Assembly (NCBI GenBank): GCA_038045705.1
Contig: JBBSXO010000007.1
Span: forward strand, 1-45,593
DNA length: 45,593 nucleotides
Reading direction: 5' to 3'
DNA from: Nanobdellota archaeon
GTDB lineage: Archaea; Nanobdellota; Nanobdellia; Pacearchaeales; GW2011-AR1
The notes beneath the pieces were generated by a model, which was not told where the DNA came from, did not search any database, and saw nothing but the letters and a program-made list of their open reading frames with translations. The translations under genes and the position numbers were made by a program. The number at the start of each line of letters is the position of its first letter. Within the stretch, counting starts at the first letter, position 1. Below, piece after piece: positions 26,611 to 35,522 of the stretch.

Positions 26611-27636
26611 TTATTTTGATAACGACTTCAAAGCATCCTCTGAATTTGAGTAAACATTCAGAAGGGCATTATCTTTGCTGATTCTATTAAATTCCCTAAC
26701 ATATTCCTCATCAGCTACAAAAACTTCTTCTTCTGGGCATAATTCAATCAGAATTTTTGGGTGAATTGGGAGATAAACTCTTATCTCTTTTCTATCTCCG
26801 TAATCCCAATACATTATTACTATGCCTGTGTCTGTCAATACAAATGGGGTTGCAGTATGATTCACAACAAACCTTATCTTGTTTTTATCAAGTCCTCTTC
26901 CTTTTAGGAATCTATCTGTTAAGTTAGCATCTATTATTTCTGAAGAATGCTTATCTGGGTGAGTGCGGATAAAATCTAAGTCGGTTTCCACTTTATTTAT
27001 TTCGGATTCAAGAAGGCTTTTAGTTTCATCAGAGTTCCTCATTTCAGTCAGCAAGTTAGGATTCTTTTTTATTTTTCTTTTCCAGTTCATTTCTATTTTC
27101 CTTCTAGCCTTACTGTTCAGTCCAACACCTCTTTCTCTAATAATTTTCTTGATATCTGGCTCTCTTGCATGCTCTTTATCCATAATTATCTTTTCAATAT
27201 TCTCTGGTAGTCTAAGAGACACTTCATGGACTTGCTTTCCAATTTCTTTAAATTTAACAGTCCTTACATGCTGTATTTCTATGTATTTCTTGACAAAATC
27301 TGATTCTTCTGGTGAAAGCTTAACATCTTTTCCATCAAGTATTGGTTGGATAACCTTCCCTATAATAGATGCCATTGGATGCTCTACATTTACGCTTAGG
27401 TTTTCCTCTAAAGTTTTTTCTAGATTCTTAAACAAAGGATTGACCTTTATGTGTTTAAAAGTTGCTTTCAATTCTCCTAAAGATTTATTGCTATAAAAGT
27501 TTCCTTCTTGAAGCTGATAGTAATGGGGAATGGAATTTGAGACACTATTGCTTTTCTTGCTGTAGAAAGAAATCTTTCCATTTGGGTCAGCAAATCTCTT
27601 TATTATTAATCGTGGAACAAAATGGTGTTTCGTCAT
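26611..27636 (-). CDS. DUF4238-family protein
   Basis: N-terminal HHFVPR..I..F, QHVRT, FVLTD, YLPIHPK motifs. Confidence 0.8.
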   Translation of the reverse strand: MTKHHFVPRLIIKRFADPNGKISFYSKKSNSVSNSIPHYYQLQEGNFYSNKSLGELKATFKHIKVNPLFKNLEKTLEENLSVNVEHPMASIIGKVIQPILDGKDVKLSPEESDFVKKYIEIQHVRTVKFKEIGKQVHEVSLRLPENIEKIIMDKEHAREPDIKKIIRERGVGLNSKARRKIEMNWKRKIKKNPNLLTEMRNSDETKSLLESEINKVETDLDFIRTHPDKHSSEIIDANLTDRFLKGRGLDKNKIRFVVNHTATPFVLTDTGIVIMYWDYGDRKEIRVYLPIHPKILIELCPEEEVFVADEEYVREFNRISKDNALLNVYSNSEDALKSLSK

Positions 27637-27677
27637 AAAATCAAGCCATCTAGAACCTATTTATGAATTATGGTCTC

Positions 27678-27712
27678 AAAAGTGTTGCCTTTTTCGGACA
27701 TATCTATAACCC
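27678..27712 (-). repeat. Right terminal inverted repeat (35 bp)
   Basis: AAAAGTGTTGCCTTTTTCGGACATATCTATAACCC. Confidence 0.97.
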
Positions 27713-27726
27713 GGCGTACTTTTTAT
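27713..27726 (+). repeat. Right target-site duplication
   Basis: GGCGTACTTTTTAT, identical to 16395-16408. Confidence 0.97.
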
Positions 27727-27801
27727 TGACAACAAAAATGAGATTTTGAAAAACAGGGCGTTGAACTATTTTTACATTGTTTTGAAGATGTTGTACTAAA
27801 C

Positions 27802-27843
27802 TTGTACATAAAACCGCCCAAGAATATACCAAAATGGTCTCAT
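27802..27843 (+). repeat. Intergenic repeat, copy A
   Basis: 39/42 identical to 29883-29924. Confidence 0.85.
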
Positions 27844-27918
27844 TGCTGACTAGACTTTCTACCCCTACATTTGTTATATAAAACAAACATTTATAGATAT
27901 GTAGTGTCAAGATAATAC

Positions 27919-28809
27919 ATGGTGAATATAAGAGAAAAGAAGACTGGGAAGCAAACATATTATTATCTTGAACATAGTATGAGGGAAGGTAGTAAAATCA
28001 TTAAGAAAGAAAAATATCTTGGAAAAGAGATACCTAAGGAGATTGACAAGATAAAAAGAGCGTTTGTTATAGAGTCATACAAAGAAAAATGGTTTAATGA
28101 TTTTGAAAAAATAAAAAATAATTACTCCAAAGAGCAAAAGATAATGCCTCCTTCTTCCAAGGCTAAGCAGAAACAGACGTTTGCAGTAAAATTTACCTAT
28201 AACACTCAAAAAATAGAAGGTTCTTCTTTGAGTTTAAAAGATACTTCCAACCTAATTGAAAAAGGAATAACTCCTTCGGAAAAACCAATAAGTGATGTTA
28301 TTGAAGCAGAAGAACACAATAAAGTATTTTATGAAATGCTATCTTATGAAAAAGAATTATCTTTACAGATTGTACTTTATTGGCACAAAAAACTATTTGA
28401 GAAAACTAAGCCAGATGTAGCTGGAAAAGTTAGAAATCATCAAGTAGGCATTTCTTTAAGTAAATATACTCCCCCTATGCCCTCAGAATTGGATTTTTTA
28501 ATAAAAGATTTTTTTGATTGGTACAATAAAAGCAAAAATAAGTTAAATCCTGTAGAATTGGCTGCTCTAGTGCATTTAAAATGGGTAACCATTCATCCTT
28601 TTGGAGATGGCAATGGAAGAATTTCAAGATTAATGATGAATTTTGTTTTGCATAAGAATGGATACCCTATGTTAGACATACCTTACACAAAAAGAAATAG
28701 CTATTATACATCTCTTGAAAGAAGCCAAGTTAAGAAAGATGACTCCCCTTTTCTTAATTGGTTTTTTAAGAGATATATTAAAAATTGCGAAGGTTATTCT
28801 AAGTCGTAA
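27919..28809 (+). CDS. Fic-family protein
   Basis: Canonical HPFGDGNGRISR motif; YNTQKIEGS inhibitory-helix-like motif. Confidence 0.93.
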   Translation: MVNIREKKTGKQTYYYLEHSMREGSKIIKKEKYLGKEIPKEIDKIKRAFVIESYKEKWFNDFEKIKNNYSKEQKIMPPSSKAKQKQTFAVKFTYNTQKIEGSSLSLKDTSNLIEKGITPSEKPISDVIEAEEHNKVFYEMLSYEKELSLQIVLYWHKKLFEKTKPDVAGKVRNHQVGISLSKYTPPMPSELDFLIKDFFDWYNKSKNKLNPVELAALVHLKWVTIHPFGDGNGRISRLMMNFVLHKNGYPMLDIPYTKRNSYYTSLERSQVKKDDSPFLNWFFKRYIKNCEGYSKS

Positions 28810-28926
28810 TATACTCCTCAATAAATCGCAAATTTGCACCTATCACCTTGACCTCGACAAGACTTTTAAACTCTTTAATCCTTGAAGAATTAGATATTCC
28901 GTGAAGGAATCATAAAATAAATATTT

Positions 28927-28974
28927 ACACGCCCATGAGGATAACACAAACATGGACTGCTTGGTCTGGGAGTA
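28927..28974 (+). repeat. Intergenic repeat, degenerate copy B
   Basis: CGCCCA...TGCTTGGTCTGGGAGTA; shares 12-bp TGCTTGGTCTGG with 29924-29935; 12/13 match to the tRNA-Ser 3' end. Confidence 0.6.
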
Positions 28975-29007
28975 AATTTACGAACCAGAAAAATAATTTA
29001 TATAGTC

Positions 29008-29892
29008 TTGAATCCTAGAATATGCATGAGACAGCGAGCTAAGATTGCTATTGCAGTTCTCTTGGTTGCTGTACTGGGTCTTGTTCTTTTCTTTTTTAAC
29101 CGCGAAGAAGCTTCAAACGAAATAAGTAATTCTCCAGAAATGGAAGAGGGTACGTTAGCTGATAGCATCTCTGAAGGCATGAATGAAGATGACACTGAAT
29201 ATGTTCAAAGTGCAGAAGTAAGTTGGGATTTTGATTTTAATAATGAGGTTTGGAAATCTTCTGGTGATGTTCCTTTGTGTCCTGAACCCTTGGTCATTGA
29301 TTCTCCTGTGGATGTCTCTCTAGCGACAGGCATTTTATATCCGGGACAAGAAAGGGGCGGAGATTATAAGCCTCATGGCGGTTTCCGATTTGACAATCAA
29401 CAAACAAATGGTATTGATGTAGTTGCTCCAATGGAAGGGAATCTATTTCGCGCTAGCCATTATTTAGAAAATGGAGAAGTACAATATTTGCTATTTTTCA
29501 TGAATGACTGTGGAATTATGTATAAGTTTGATCATCTCCGAACTCTTACAGAAAAGTTTGAGAAATTATTTGAAAATTTACCACCTCCACAAGAAGGCGA
29601 TTCTAGAACGACAGAAATTTATGAAGTATCCGCTGAAAAAGGGGAGTTAATTGCTACAGAAGTTGGTTTTAAAGAGATTAAAAATGTCGCTGTAGATTTT
29701 GGGCTTTATGATTTAAGAAAAACAAATGAAGCTTCAAAAGATCAAGGGTGGGCAACTGAACATTCAGATGAAAAAGAATTCGGATTTAACGCGCTCTGCT
29801 GGCTTGATAATTTGCCTGAACCTCCTAGAAGCACTGTAAAAGGTTTACCCGGCTCTGGGTCTGAAGGTAAGAAAAGCGATTATTGTAGATAA
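29008..29892 (+). CDS. Membrane-anchored M23-peptidase-like protein (degenerate motifs)
   Basis: TM helix and acidic linker; HGGFRFD, VVAPMEG, FDHL, KGELIA. Confidence 0.6.
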   Translation: MNPRICMRQRAKIAIAVLLVAVLGLVLFFFNREEASNEISNSPEMEEGTLADSISEGMNEDDTEYVQSAEVSWDFDFNNEVWKSSGDVPLCPEPLVIDSPVDVSLATGILYPGQERGGDYKPHGGFRFDNQQTNGIDVVAPMEGNLFRASHYLENGEVQYLLFFMNDCGIMYKFDHLRTLTEKFEKLFENLPPPQEGDSRTTEIYEVSAEKGELIATEVGFKEIKNVAVDFGLYDLRKTNEASKDQGWATEHSDEKEFGFNALCWLDNLPEPPRSTVKGLPGSGSEGKKSDYCR

Positions 29893-29940
29893 AACCGCCC
29901 GAGAATATATCAAAATGGTCTCATGCTTGGTCTGGCGTTC
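29883..29940 (+). repeat. Intergenic repeat, copy C
   Basis: Matches copy A in its 5' part, and copy B plus the tRNA 3' end in its 3' part. Confidence 0.85.
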
Positions 29941-29995
29941 TTATTTGCCAGAAATTAGTAAAGTTTAAATAGTTCTATTTTATAACATATGTTAT

Positions 29996-30580
29996 ATGAA
30001 GAAACCGTACAGTCTTAATAAAGAACAAATGTTATATGTAGAGACTGCTAAGCAAAAAGTCCTTCAACTTTTTTATAAATTCCCAGATAAGGAATTCAGC
30101 CTAAGTGACATTGCTAAAGAAGCAGGAGTGGCAAAAGCCAACTTAGGAGCCATTTTAGCTTCACTGGAAACTATTGATCTTATAAAAATAGAGAGATTAA
30201 CAAAAATTTGGAGGGTTAAAGCCAATCAAGAAAATTGGATGTTTAAGAGAGCTAAGATAGTTTACAATCTTAATTTCATCTACCAAAGCGGATTAGTAGA
30301 ATTTCTTAACCAGTCTTACAATAATCCTAAAGCTATTATCCTTTTTGGAAGTTTTAGAAAAGGAGAAGATACGTCTAGTTCAGATATAGACATAGCGATT
30401 GAATCAGACGTTGCTAAAGATTACAAAGTACTTGGATTGATGGCACTTTCAGATTTTGAAAAAGTGATAGGAAGAAGTATTCAAATTCACGAATTCAATC
30501 GCAAATCCATAGATGATGGATTATTCAATAATATAGCAAATGGCATAGTACTAATGGGCTTCTTGGAGGTTCGTAAATGA
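29996..30580 (+). CDS. wHTH-fused minimal nucleotidyltransferase (MntA-like antitoxin)
   Basis: N-terminal HTH; LFGSFRKGE...SDIDI. Confidence 0.88.
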   Translation: MKKPYSLNKEQMLYVETAKQKVLQLFYKFPDKEFSLSDIAKEAGVAKANLGAILASLETIDLIKIERLTKIWRVKANQENWMFKRAKIVYNLNFIYQSGLVEFLNQSYNNPKAIILFGSFRKGEDTSSSDIDIAIESDVAKDYKVLGLMALSDFEKVIGRSIQIHEFNRKSIDDGLFNNIANGIVLMGFLEVRK

Positions 30581-31002
30581 ACATTGATTTTAATAGATTG
30601 GTAAAAGAGAAAAGACTACGTCTGAGAGAAGCTAATAAAGATAAAATCAAAAGCTTAATTGAATCTGCAAAAAATAATGTATATGTTGTTTCTTCCCTTT
30701 CTATAAATGAGAAAAATGCTACAGTTATATTTAGAGAAATTTATGAATCAATTAGACAACTCGGAGATGCGCAATTTTGGATTTTAGGTTACGAACCATT
30801 AGACCATTCAATTAGTTTAGATTCTCTTAAAGATCTAAATATAAAAGATAAAGTTAAGCTAAATTACTTAGACAGATTTAAGCAAATACGTCACGATGCT
30901 AATTATCGCGGTTTTAATGTTTCTGCATCACATGCCAAAGAGATATTAGATTTTTGGAATGTTTGTTCTCATGAGATTATAGATTTTCTTCTCAAAAAAT
31001 AG
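30577..31002 (+). CDS. HEPN-domain protein (toxin partner)
   Basis: ATGA-coupled to the MNT gene; GY....H and RHDANY (Rx4Y variant). Confidence 0.75.
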   Translation: MNIDFNRLVKEKRLRLREANKDKIKSLIESAKNNVYVVSSLSINEKNATVIFREIYESIRQLGDAQFWILGYEPLDHSISLDSLKDLNIKDKVKLNYLDRFKQIRHDANYRGFNVSASHAKEILDFWNVCSHEIIDFLLKK

Positions 31003-31068
31003 AAATTGAGATAGTTTGTTCTTGCACGTGATCTGGGCGTTATATCCCCATTAGACAATGCTTTTGAA

Positions 31069-32031
31069 CTACTTATTAAGTGGCTTACTGGCACCTTTTG
31101 ATTTATCAAACCAAGAGAAGTAACTTAGAGCACCTGCTCTTCCACTTTCAATTAGGTCTTCTTTTTGCTCAGATTTTAATTCAAACTGTGTTGCACTAAT
31201 GCCCAGGCTATCAATATAAATTGTCCTATGCCAATCTCTATCACTTAAGTGGGTTTTATTGGCAAAATCAATAAGTCCACCAATAAGAGTTTGAATATAG
31301 GACTGAAGAGAATTTACTTTCAAACTAGGCAATGGCTCATTTTTTATTTGGTTGTTTATTTCTTCTGGACTGTCTACCCTAAAACCGAGAGTCTCTTTAT
31401 TGTAATAATTTTCTTTTTTTGTTTTAACATATTTTTCATCATCAAACAGATTTATTGGATAATTGTAATATACTCCTCCGTCAACATATAGAGAATTCTT
31501 ATGGTTAAATGCCTGAAAAAATAGTGGTATACCCATAGATATCTGCACCGCATCTGCTATGGACATATTTGGAGTTGTTTCGTTGCTTAAAATAACATGC
31601 GCCTTGTGATTTACATCTGTTCCAATAATATAGAGCTTGCGCATGCCATTATTCTCTTTTTCATGAAGCTGTGAGAATGTGATATCTTTGCTTACTTTTT
31701 CTGAAAGAACATTATCAAACCATTTTCTAAAAACAGAACACTTATACCACCCATATTTTCGAAAAAGTCTGACTATATTTTGAATAATAAAAAAAGAATC
31801 ATCTTTAAAATCATTAAAATTAACTTCATCTAGTTTTTTTCTTATTTCAAGAGGCGTAAAACCAACAGCTAGTAATGTTGCTATTATTGCGCCTGCAGAA
31901 GTTCCTGCGACTCTTTCTATAGATTGCAATATTCCATTTTCTTCCAGAACATGAAGAGCACCTACATAGGCAATTCCTTTTACTCCACCCCCTTCAAAAA
32001 CAAGGTTTTTGAAAGCATATTGTCCCTTCAT
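31069..32031 (-). CDS. Patatin-like phospholipase
   Basis: EGGGVKG, GTSAG, DGG motifs. Confidence 0.93.
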   Translation of the reverse strand: MKGQYAFKNLVFEGGGVKGIAYVGALHVLEENGILQSIERVAGTSAGAIIATLLAVGFTPLEIRKKLDEVNFNDFKDDSFFIIQNIVRLFRKYGWYKCSVFRKWFDNVLSEKVSKDITFSQLHEKENNGMRKLYIIGTDVNHKAHVILSNETTPNMSIADAVQISMGIPLFFQAFNHKNSLYVDGGVYYNYPINLFDDEKYVKTKKENYYNKETLGFRVDSPEEINNQIKNEPLPSLKVNSLQSYIQTLIGGLIDFANKTHLSDRDWHRTIYIDSLGISATQFELKSEQKEDLIESGRAGALSYFSWFDKSKGASKPLNK

Positions 32032-32124
32032 ATTATTCTTTGTTGTTTAGACATATAAATATTTGTAGCCAGATTATTTGATGTAATACATTTTTAAATA
32101 AAGCTTTACATTAACTATTAAAGG

Positions 32125-32577
32125 TTGGAGATGAATAGAAAATTTGACCATATTGATAAAGGAATAACTGATTGGCTTAAAGGGTATGGATATTACTTCT
32201 TGAAATATTCTCTTGCTCTTGTTTTTATTTGGTTTGGAATCTTGAAGCCACTTGGTTTAAGCTCTGCAAATGATCTTGTGACTAAGACTGTTTATTTTGT
32301 AGACCCTAGTTGGTTTGTGCCTTTCTTAGGGCTATGGGAGGTTGCGATTGGAGTTTGTATTTTGTTTAGACCACTTTTAAGAGTTGGATTGCTTTTAATG
32401 GCTTTACAAATGATTGGAACTTTCTTACCTTTGATTTTGCTCCCAGAGGTAATTTATATAAAGTTTCCATTTGTTATGACGCTTGAAGGTCAATATATAA
32501 TAAAGAACTTGATATTGATTGGTGCTGGGATGGTTGTTGGGAGCCATGCCCGCGATAGAGAGAAGAAAAAGATATGA
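32125..32577 (+). CDS. DoxX/YkgB(DUF417)-like membrane protein
   Basis: FIWFGILK, E..IG, GQYIIKN motifs. Confidence 0.8.
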   Translation: MEMNRKFDHIDKGITDWLKGYGYYFLKYSLALVFIWFGILKPLGLSSANDLVTKTVYFVDPSWFVPFLGLWEVAIGVCILFRPLLRVGLLLMALQMIGTFLPLILLPEVIYIKFPFVMTLEGQYIIKNLILIGAGMVVGSHARDREKKKI

Positions 32578-33095
32578 AAGATAAAAAAAGAATTTGGTTA
32601 AGTTTTTTTCTTGTATTTGGAATTCTGATATCTTCTTTTTTGATATATGAACATTTTTCTGCAACTGCTAGTAAATTCTGCTCTTTTGGAAATAATCTGG
32701 ATTGTGGTATTGTTAATAAAAGCCCATATGCTAATTTAGATGGAATATCTTATTTATTAACTATTGATTTTAATTTACCCATCCCATTAGTAGATATTTC
32801 AGGAATAAATTTGTTTTTTGATTTTATAACGACTAATGCATTTCTTGGTCTGCTTACTTTATTTTTTGTTTTAATGTTAAACTTAAACTATAAAAAGGAT
32901 AAGTTTCTTTTTGTTTGGAAAGAGGACAATGTAAAATGGATTCGCGGAGTGATGTTATTTGGAATGGTTTATGGTTTTTACCTATTTCTAATACAACATT
33001 TTATTCTAAAGACTTATTGTATATTTTGCCTTGCTCTGGATTTAATGATTTTGCTATCTCTAATAATATCTTTTAAAATCAAAAAAAATGGCTAA
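32574..33095 (+). CDS. Vitamin K epoxide reductase (VKOR) family protein
   Basis: C......DC..V..S.YA loop and CIFC active site. Confidence 0.88.
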   Translation: MKDKKRIWLSFFLVFGILISSFLIYEHFSATASKFCSFGNNLDCGIVNKSPYANLDGISYLLTIDFNLPIPLVDISGINLFFDFITTNAFLGLLTLFFVLMLNLNYKKDKFLFVWKEDNVKWIRGVMLFGMVYGFYLFLIQHFILKTYCIFCLALDLMILLSLIISFKIKKNG

Positions 33096-33507
33096 AAAAG
33101 AAACAAAAAAGAAGGGAAATGGAATGCTTGTAATTGGGATTTTAATTATAATCGGAATAATATTGATTTTAACTTTTGCATTAAAATCTGGAAGTAATTA
33201 TAGCTCTGAAGATGTTGACTCTTTTGCTAAATGCCTAACTGAAAATGGTGCAGTTATGTATGGTGCTTTCTGGTGCCCTCATTGTGCTAAAGTAAAGAAA
33301 GCATTTGGAGAATCTTTTAGATATATTAATTATGTTGAGTGTGATCCTCGTGGAGATAACGAGCAGTCACTTCTTTGTATTGAAAAAGAAATACAAAGTT
33401 ATGCTACATTTGAGTTTAATAATGATGTAAATACTAGGTTGGTTGGTGAACCGACGTTTGAGGAATTAGCTATTGCTACTGGTTGTATTGCTCCTGAGGC
33501 TAAATAA
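33088..33507 (+). CDS. Membrane-anchored thioredoxin-fold protein
   Basis: MYGAFWCPHC, YVEC, as in VKOR-associated Trx domains. Confidence 0.88.
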   Translation: MAKKETKKKGNGMLVIGILIIIGIILILTFALKSGSNYSSEDVDSFAKCLTENGAVMYGAFWCPHCAKVKKAFGESFRYINYVECDPRGDNEQSLLCIEKEIQSYATFEFNNDVNTRLVGEPTFEELAIATGCIAPEAK

Positions 33508-34256
33508 TGGTTGCTGAGATAGCTTTACCGCCATTACCTGTTGTTTTATTAACTGCTTTAATCGATTCGATAAATCCTTGTGCCATTGGAGTTTTAGTTT
33601 TATTGATTGCAACCTTACTTGAATTATCTAAAGATAAGAAAAAAATGGTTATTGTTGGATTAATTTATATTTTGGCTGTTTTTACAACCTACTTACTGGC
33701 TGGATTTGGTTTACTAGCTTTTATTCAAAAATTTAATATTTCAGAACAATTAAGCTGGATAGTTGGAATTCTTGTTATAATTCTTGGAATTATTGAGGCT
33801 AAAGACTTTTTCTGGTATGGAAAAGGAATTACTCTTGCAATTCCTGCCAGACGTGCTGAACAAATAAAGAAAATGATGAAGAAAGTCTCTATACCTGGAG
33901 CAGTCGTTTTAGGCATATTTGTTGCTGCTGTTGAACTGCCATGCACTGGTGGACCTTATCTTGCTATAACTACATTGCTTGCTAAAATAGGATTTAGTGC
34001 GGAAGTATTTTGGTTACTTGTTTTGTATAACTTCATTTTTGTATTGCCTTTAATCATAATACTTTTACTCGTATCTTTTGGAGTTTCAGCTGAATCAATT
34101 AAAGCTTGGAAGGACAAACAAAAGAAGTGGATGAGATTATTTATAGGGCTGATTATGATTGCCTTAGGAATACTTTTGATATTGTGGGCTAATGGCACTA
34201 TAAGTTTTGGTCTTTCTAGTGCTGATTATTTTGTTTTTAGTTTGCTAAGACTTTGA
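33507..34256 (+). CDS. CcdA/DsbD-like transmembrane electron transporter
   Basis: DSINPC and ELPCTG motifs, about 6 TM helices. Confidence 0.85.
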   Translation: MVAEIALPPLPVVLLTALIDSINPCAIGVLVLLIATLLELSKDKKKMVIVGLIYILAVFTTYLLAGFGLLAFIQKFNISEQLSWIVGILVIILGIIEAKDFFWYGKGITLAIPARRAEQIKKMMKKVSIPGAVVLGIFVAAVELPCTGGPYLAITTLLAKIGFSAEVFWLLVLYNFIFVLPLIIILLLVSFGVSAESIKAWKDKQKKWMRLFIGLIMIALGILLILWANGTISFGLSSADYFVFSLLRL

Positions 34257-34286
34257 AGATAGATTTATTAATAAGCTATCTCTCTT

Positions 34287-34664
34287 TTGTTTATGGTATA
34301 TGTTGATGGATTTGTTCTGGTGATAAAAAATAATAGGCTTAAAGAGTATCATAAAATGGCTTCTGAAGCTGGAAAGGTATGGAAAAGATTTGGGGCTATT
34401 AGTTATGTTGAGGCTTTAGGAGATGATATGCATCCTGATACCCATGGAATGAAATCTTCCAACTTTCCAAAAATGGCCAAAGCTAAAAGTGGAGAAAAAG
34501 TATTCTTTTCTTTCATAACCTACAAGAATAAAGCACATCGTGATGCTGTTAACAAAAAAGTAATGGATTACTTTGCAAAGAAATATGTAGATAAGCCAAT
34601 GGATATGCCTTTTGATATGAAGAGATTTGCTTATGGTGGATTCAAATCTATTGTAGATTTGTAG
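34287..34664 (+). CDS. DUF1428 (YbaA-like) protein
   Basis: YVDGFVL, HRDAVN, MPFD.KR..YGGF. Confidence 0.9.
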   Translation: MFMVYVDGFVLVIKNNRLKEYHKMASEAGKVWKRFGAISYVEALGDDMHPDTHGMKSSNFPKMAKAKSGEKVFFSFITYKNKAHRDAVNKKVMDYFAKKYVDKPMDMPFDMKRFAYGGFKSIVDL

Positions 34665-34665
34665 C

Positions 34666-35013
34666 TTACTTTCTAGTTTTTCTTGAGAATAAACCTACTA
34701 ACATATCATCTAACTTTTCTTTTGCCTTTGTTGGTTTTTGATTTGCTATGCTTCTTCTCACTATATCTTCTATTTGTTCTTCGACATTTAGCATGTTTTT
34801 CTTTGCTCTCTTTTCTAACAGCTTAATGACTTCCGAGTCTAGCCATATAGTTACGCTTTCTTTGAAGTGATGTTTTTCTCTAAGTGTTTCAAATGCTAAA
34901 TTTATTTCTCTAGATGGCCATTTATTGCTTAGAAGAACTTCCTTTATTTTATTATCGTTAAAACCTCTTTTTCTAGCTTCTAATATAAATCTAACTAAAT
35001 CTGGGTTTGCCAT
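34666..35013 (-). CDS. Hypothetical protein with RHH-like C-terminal domain
   Basis: VTIWLDSEVIKLLEKRAKK...EDIVRRS. Confidence 0.65.
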   Translation of the reverse strand: MANPDLVRFILEARKRGFNDNKIKEVLLSNKWPSREINLAFETLREKHHFKESVTIWLDSEVIKLLEKRAKKNMLNVEEQIEDIVRRSIANQKPTKAKEKLDDMLVGLFSRKTRK

Positions 35014-35086
35014 ATTGCTAATTATTTCGCAGTTAATTTAAATGTAACTAGTAACCATTATATACCTTAATCTTAGGGTTATTTTT

Positions 35087-35353
35087 ATGGAATATGGAGA
35101 AATTAAGAAATATTTGAGAGCCTATTCTTCTTTACACACTGCATTTAATGTGGCTAGAGAGGATTTAGAGTTGGTAGAAACAGTTGAAGGATGGAAATGG
35201 CCTCTTGATGAAAGAAAAGATGTAACCATAGCATCTACAAAAGAGGGACTAAGATGGAAGTATCAGAAAATTAGAGAAAATCTTCCTATTGAATTAAGAT
35301 CCAAAGAGCCGTTTAGGAAACTGTTTAAAGATATTAGAAAATTTTTAAAATAA
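35087..35353 (+). CDS. Hypothetical protein, paralog of 36794-37111
   Basis: Shared YLxAYxSL and Y...R...P.E....EP...L.K.I pattern. Confidence 0.65.
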   Translation: MEYGEIKKYLRAYSSLHTAFNVAREDLELVETVEGWKWPLDERKDVTIASTKEGLRWKYQKIRENLPIELRSKEPFRKLFKDIRKFLK

Positions 35354-35355
35354 GT

Positions 35356-35460
35356 CTATTTCTTACTTTTTGGTGCAGAATATATTTTCTGTACTGCAAA
35401 AGATTTGTAAATGTTCTCTTCAATACAAAGAGGTAACTGTAATTCGCCTCTTAAAGATTA
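35356..35460 (-). pseudogene. 3' remnant of the 36408-36692 gene
   Basis: 35360-35409 is identical to 36412-36461 (50 bp) and encodes YKSFAVQKIYSAPKSKK up to a stop. Confidence 0.8.
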
Positions 35461-35522
35461 AGAAGGAATAGTTATTTTTTACACAAACATAAATATATAA
35501 CTAAAGCTAAGTTTATTTTGGG

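Larger units (their letters stand above)
16409..27712. mobile_element. Casposon (family-2-like), 11,304 bp
   Basis: TIRs, TSD, solo Cas1-HTH, PolB, HNH and HTH genes; inserted at the tRNA 3' end. Confidence 0.95.

Noticed and set aside
27704-27958. 84-aa minus-strand ORF
   Set aside because: It spans the TSD/TIR and the Fic promoter and has no protein-like features.
27802-31042. Intergenic repeats as a CRISPR array or classical attC sites
   Set aside because: The spacing is about 1 kb with whole genes between copies, and the copies are degenerate. No paired RYYYAAC/GTTRRRY boxes or IntI gene were seen.
32061-32074. TTTGTAGCCAGAT resembling the tRNA-Ser 5' flank (TTTGTAGCCCAGAT)
   Set aside because: It is a short match with an indel in AT-rich DNA and cannot be separated from chance, though it lies at the end of the cassette-like region.
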